Origin: a virus
Taxonomy: Duplodnaviria; Caudoviricetes
Direction: 5' to 3' (one strand)
Virus record (IMG/VR): IMGVR_UViG_3300009050_000003
Location: 1-59,870 of that record
Length of the DNA: 59,870 nucleotides
Position numbers and translations under genes: made by a program. Below the pieces are notes generated by a model that had not been told where the DNA came from, did not search any database, and saw only the letters and a list, made by a program, of their open reading frames with translations. Positions 56,339 through 59,870 of this stretch are shown here, in pieces. Every line of letters begins with the position of its first letter. Positions within the stretch are counted from its first letter, which is position 1.

Positions 56339-57670
56339 ATGACAGAAATAAAATTACACGAAGGACAGTCTAAAGTTATTAAAGATCTGTTCGTTGACAA
56401 GTCTTGTCGTTATGCAGTTGTTAATGCATCTCGTGGTTTTGGTAAGTCCTATCTTGCTGCTACAACAGCGCTGATAGCAGTTCAAGAGCTTATTAACTTA
56501 CCTGCTGACGTACCTAACAAAAACGTTGCTCTTATTGCTCCTACTTACTCTCAAGCAGTTGATATTTACTATCCACTTATTGCTTGGCAGATGGGTATGG
56601 AAGACTTTGCAGACAAAGCATCTAAAGCTGCGGGTACCTTTTGGTTCCCTAATAACGTACAGCTTAAGCTTTGGTCTTATGAAGCATCTCAACGTATGCG
56701 TGGTACAGGTCAGTACTTTGTTGTTGCTGACGAGGTTACATCTTGGCATGGCGCAGGTATGAACCTTAAAGAGTCTTGGGAATCGATTATTCAACCATGT
56801 GTTGCTACACGTTGGTCAAGACAGAATGCTCGTACTTGGAATGCAAATCCTGGTCGTGCTTTAATTATTAGTACCCCAACAGGGTATGATTACTTTTATG
56901 AAATGTATAACCGTCAAGATACCGACGATGATTGGAAAAGCTATCACTTTACTTATAAAGATAGCCCTTATCTTGATGACGAAGAAATTGAACGTGTTAA
57001 GCTGACACTCGATCCGCTTAAGTTCGCCAGAGAGTATACTGCAAGCTTCGAAGACTCTGGTAATAATGTCTTCTATACATTTAATAGACAAGAACATATT
57101 GATAAAACTCTACCTTACTTTGAAGATAGTGAAGATGTCCATGTAGCTATCGACTTTAACGTTGGTATCATGGCCTCTGTAATCTTTGCTGTAAGAGGTA
57201 ATCAAATACATATTCTAGACGAAATGCAGGGACACCCTGACACAGAAACTCTTGCTGCTGCTTTGGCTACGCGCTTTAGGAATCATAAGATCATTGCGTA
57301 TCCTGACCCTGCAGGTAAAGCCCGTAAGAGTTCTGCTGCTGTAGGTGTTACAGACTTCAGTATTCTACAGTCTTATAATATTGCTACTAGGGCGCACTCT
57401 AAAGCGCCTCCGATTATTGATTCGGTAGCTGCTGTAAACAAGAAGTTTAAGAATGCTGCAGGTGATGTAGATATGTATATTCATCCAAAATGCGTTAATA
57501 CAATTAAATCTATAGAACGAACTCAGTGGGTTGAGAGCAATCCTAACTCCGCTACTATTGACAAAAAGGAAGGTGTTGAACACTGGACTGATGCCCTTCG
57601 GTATGCCGTTGAATATCTGTATCCTATTAGAGCAGGTTCTAAGGTTGTCACAAAAGGATTTAACTTCTAA
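56339..57670 (+). CDS. terL: Terminase large subunit
   Basis: SRGFGKSY, IAPTYSQA, RMRG, VADE, ISTPTG, FAREY.ASF, IDFNVG and HWTDALRY motifs. Confidence 0.95.
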   Translation: MTEIKLHEGQSKVIKDLFVDKSCRYAVVNASRGFGKSYLAATTALIAVQELINLPADVPNKNVALIAPTYSQAVDIYYPLIAWQMGMEDFADKASKAAGTFWFPNNVQLKLWSYEASQRMRGTGQYFVVADEVTSWHGAGMNLKESWESIIQPCVATRWSRQNARTWNANPGRALIISTPTGYDYFYEMYNRQDTDDDWKSYHFTYKDSPYLDDEEIERVKLTLDPLKFAREYTASFEDSGNNVFYTFNRQEHIDKTLPYFEDSEDVHVAIDFNVGIMASVIFAVRGNQIHILDEMQGHPDTETLAAALATRFRNHKIIAYPDPAGKARKSSAAVGVTDFSILQSYNIATRAHSKAPPIIDSVAAVNKKFKNAAGDVDMYIHPKCVNTIKSIERTQWVESNPNSATIDKKEGVEHWTDALRYAVEYLYPIRAGSKVVTKGFNF

Positions 57671-57671
57671 A

Positions 57672-58193
57672 ATGCTGTATACAAAAGAGTATAAAGATCA
57701 ATTAAAACAAAAACACAAAGGCCAAACATGGGGTGGCGGTGTCGCTAGTAAAGCTAACATCATTGCAGCTCATGCTACTGGACTTGGTGTAACTAACATG
57801 CTAGACTATGGTTGTGGTGCAGGTGTATTTAAGAAATCAATCGATTCAGATCGTTTTAAATCGAGATTTAAGGTCTCTGAGTATGATCCTGGAATTGAAG
57901 GTAAAGATGAATTGCCTGAAACACATGATTATGTAGTCTGTGTAGATGTACTTGAGCATATCGAGCCTGAGTGTCTTGATGACGTTCTTGCTCACTTGGC
58001 TTTGTTAATGAGGGTAGGTGGTTATTTCCTCATTAGCACTGTCCCTGCTTTCCAAGATCTACCAGATGGTCGTAATGCACATCTTATTATTGAACCCGCA
58101 GAATGGTGGGAAAAGAAATTATCAGAAAAGTTTGAGTTAACCACACACTATATCGCTGAAGGGGCGTGCGCCTACTTCATTAAGAAACCTTAA
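57672..58193 (+). CDS. SAM-dependent class I methyltransferase
   Basis: MLDYGCGAG, YDPGI, VVCVDVLEHI and DGRNAHLIIE..EWW motifs; ATG at 57672. Confidence 0.85.
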   Translation: MLYTKEYKDQLKQKHKGQTWGGGVASKANIIAAHATGLGVTNMLDYGCGAGVFKKSIDSDRFKSRFKVSEYDPGIEGKDELPETHDYVVCVDVLEHIEPECLDDVLAHLALLMRVGGYFLISTVPAFQDLPDGRNAHLIIEPAEWWEKKLSEKFELTTHYIAEGACAYFIKKP

Positions 58194-58225
58194 CATGCCC
58201 ATCTGAGGATCGGCAGGAGGAGAAA

Positions 58226-58672
58226 ATGGCAAGAACTCGAATTAACTCTAGATCTAAAGATCTAATCAAAGACAATGGTTCCGTATTGGTATCCGTTGTT
58301 CATGGTGAACAAATTAAACTTGAAATGGTACTTAGCTGGCTAACTAACCTTAGTGGTTATCAAATTACAGCTAAAGCCGCTGAAGCAGACATGACAGGTG
58401 TTAGCAGCTCTAACAATGAACTGCCTACACAACGTACTGCTCTAGAACCTGCTGAACTACCTATTCTGGATTCAGATCCTGCAGATAACAAATTTGACAT
58501 CGTAATCCCTGAACTATTGATTGCTAACTATGCTACTAAACCGACTCCCAACGCACCTGTGTATGCTTGGCTAGATCTGGAAGTGGTAGATACAGGTGTT
58601 GGTGACGCACGTCAAGTATGGAAACCTTTCCGTGGTCTCATTGAGATCCTTTACAGTCCTACAGAAGAATAA
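58226..58672 (+). CDS. Hypothetical structural protein (BppU-like adaptor?)
   Basis: AGGAGG RBS; NLSGYQITA...DLEV.D...WKPFRG.I; precedes the fibre gene. Confidence 0.5.
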   Translation: MARTRINSRSKDLIKDNGSVLVSVVHGEQIKLEMVLSWLTNLSGYQITAKAAEADMTGVSSSNNELPTQRTALEPAELPILDSDPADNKFDIVIPELLIANYATKPTPNAPVYAWLDLEVVDTGVGDARQVWKPFRGLIEILYSPTEE

Positions 58673-58684
58673 TAGGGGGTAACT

Positions 58685-59870
58685 ATGACTACTTATAAAA
58701 TTACTCCTGATTCTAACACCTTCTCTATTTCTCTTTCTCGCACTGGCGGTCAGGGCGCTAAAGGTGATAGCATCAGTAGCGTCTATATTGACGAAAATAA
58801 CGAACTTGTTGCTGAGATTTCTAACTCGGCTGGTGATGTAATTAAAACAGAACAACTTGGTTCTATTGACACTATCGTTGCACAAGCCTCTACAGATGCT
58901 ATTGGCGATCTTATTACTACAGGTAACAACTACCTGATTAATGTTGCTGCTAACGATGAAGGCTCTTATGACTTTACTGTAGAGGCTTATCAAGACGGTA
59001 CTATTCCTAGCAGTCTTGTACAACGTACTGAAGACGGTTATATCCGTGCTAATGCTTTTAAGCTAGAAGCATCTAACATTGAATTCCATGATGTTGTTAA
59101 AGAAGGTGAACTAGGTTGGTCTTCTGAGCGTAATGCTATGATCATGGGCTTGACCGATGATGGTAAGCATACTTATGTTAACCAACAACAAGTAGCTGTT
59201 GTATACAACCCCTATGAGGCTCTTCCTCAAGGTACTGTTGTGTATGTTGAAGGCTCTTATATCGGTGATAGTGAAAATTTCCCAACTGTTGCTAAAGCAA
59301 GTAACAATCAAGTGGGTACATCGACTGCTGTCTTGGGTGTTGTTATGTACGACATTCCTGCCGCAGAAGGTCCAGTATTTCATAAAGGCTATGTTTGTAC
59401 TCACGGTATCGTAGAGTATGTTGATACCTCTGCTTATGTAGCGGGTACTAGGGTATGGCTTGGTGTAGACGGTAATCTTGTTGGTGTAGAGCCACAAACT
59501 CCTGCTGCACGTACTATGATCGGTTATGTTGTTAAACAAGATGCTATAGAAGGATCTATCTATGTTCAAGTTCAGCCTGGTTTTGAGCTTTATGAACTTA
59601 ATGATGTAAGAATTTATAACCCGCAAGACGGTGACTTTATTGCTTGGAACGCCTCTAACTCACAGTGGGAAAATATTAACCTTAACCTTACTTTTGCTTC
59701 TGATGCAGAACTCCAAGCCCTTAATGCAAGTATTCAAGCTTCTTTGGCGAATAAGTCAGATAATACTCACACACACTTGCTTAATGATCTTTCTGACGTT
59801 AACATCTCTGCTAAGACAACCTCGTTTGTTATTACTTATGATGCTGTATCTCAGAAGTGGATTTCTCGTA
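58685..59870 (+). CDS. Fibre/decoration protein, 3'-truncated by the window edge, not in the ORF track
   Basis: Frame open from ATG 58685 (MTTYKITPDSN...) to the end of the window. Contains GTRVWLGVDG, LYELNDV...GDFIAWNASNSQW and HTHLLNDLSDV fibre-type repeats. Confidence 0.75.
   Translation, partial: MTTYKITPDSNTFSISLSRTGGQGAKGDSISSVYIDENNELVAEISNSAGDVIKTEQLGSIDTIVAQASTDAIGDLITTGNNYLINVAANDEGSYDFTVEAYQDGTIPSSLVQRTEDGYIRANAFKLEASNIEFHDVVKEGELGWSSERNAMIMGLTDDGKHTYVNQQQVAVVYNPYEALPQGTVVYVEGSYIGDSENFPTVAKASNNQVGTSTAVLGVVMYDIPAAEGPVFHKGYVCTHGIVEYVDTSAYVAGTRVWLGVDGNLVGVEPQTPAARTMIGYVVKQDAIEGSIYVQVQPGFELYELNDVRIYNPQDGDFIAWNASNSQWENINLNLTFASDAELQALNASIQASLANKSDNTHTHLLNDLSDVNISAKTTSFVITYDAVSQKWISR

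Noticed and set aside
57531-57671. N-terminal extension of the methyltransferase ORF
   Set aside because: It overlaps terL by 140 nt; ATG 57672 directly after the terL stop is the more plausible start.
1-59870. Prophage or gene transfer agent
   Set aside because: No integrase, repressor switch or host genes. The window carries its own RNAPs, DNA polymerase, primase-helicase and RNR, consistent with a lytic phage.

Overview
Most of a lytic, AT-rich tailed phage genome with a long non-contractile tail (siphovirus-like). The host is probably an alphaproteobacterium, inferred from DUF1127, a GTA-type 3TM holin and a Hydrolase_2 gene. All credible genes are on the + strand and both window edges cut fibre-like genes. 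Gene order: Thr-rich fibre end, glycosyltransferase-like gene, PhoH, tail-tip genes, lysis, portal, tRNA-Thr, a 1463-aa MuF-head-protein/T7-like RNA polymerase fusion, head and tail genes, tape measure, early membrane and small genes, a second stand-alone T7-like RNA polymerase, T7-like replication and nucleotide-metabolism genes, a structured intergenic RNA, terminase, methyltransferase and a fibre gene. The main candidate for a new system is a two-polymerase transcription cascade: a putatively virion-packaged MuF-RNAP fusion plus a free RNAP, with two distinct repeated promoter-like motifs (early and middle/late). Other notable features are a ~170-nt three-way-junction RNA with complementary loops upstream of terminase, a covarying mini-pseudoknot and a possible virion glycosylation module. 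All product calls come from motifs recognised by eye; no database searches were run.
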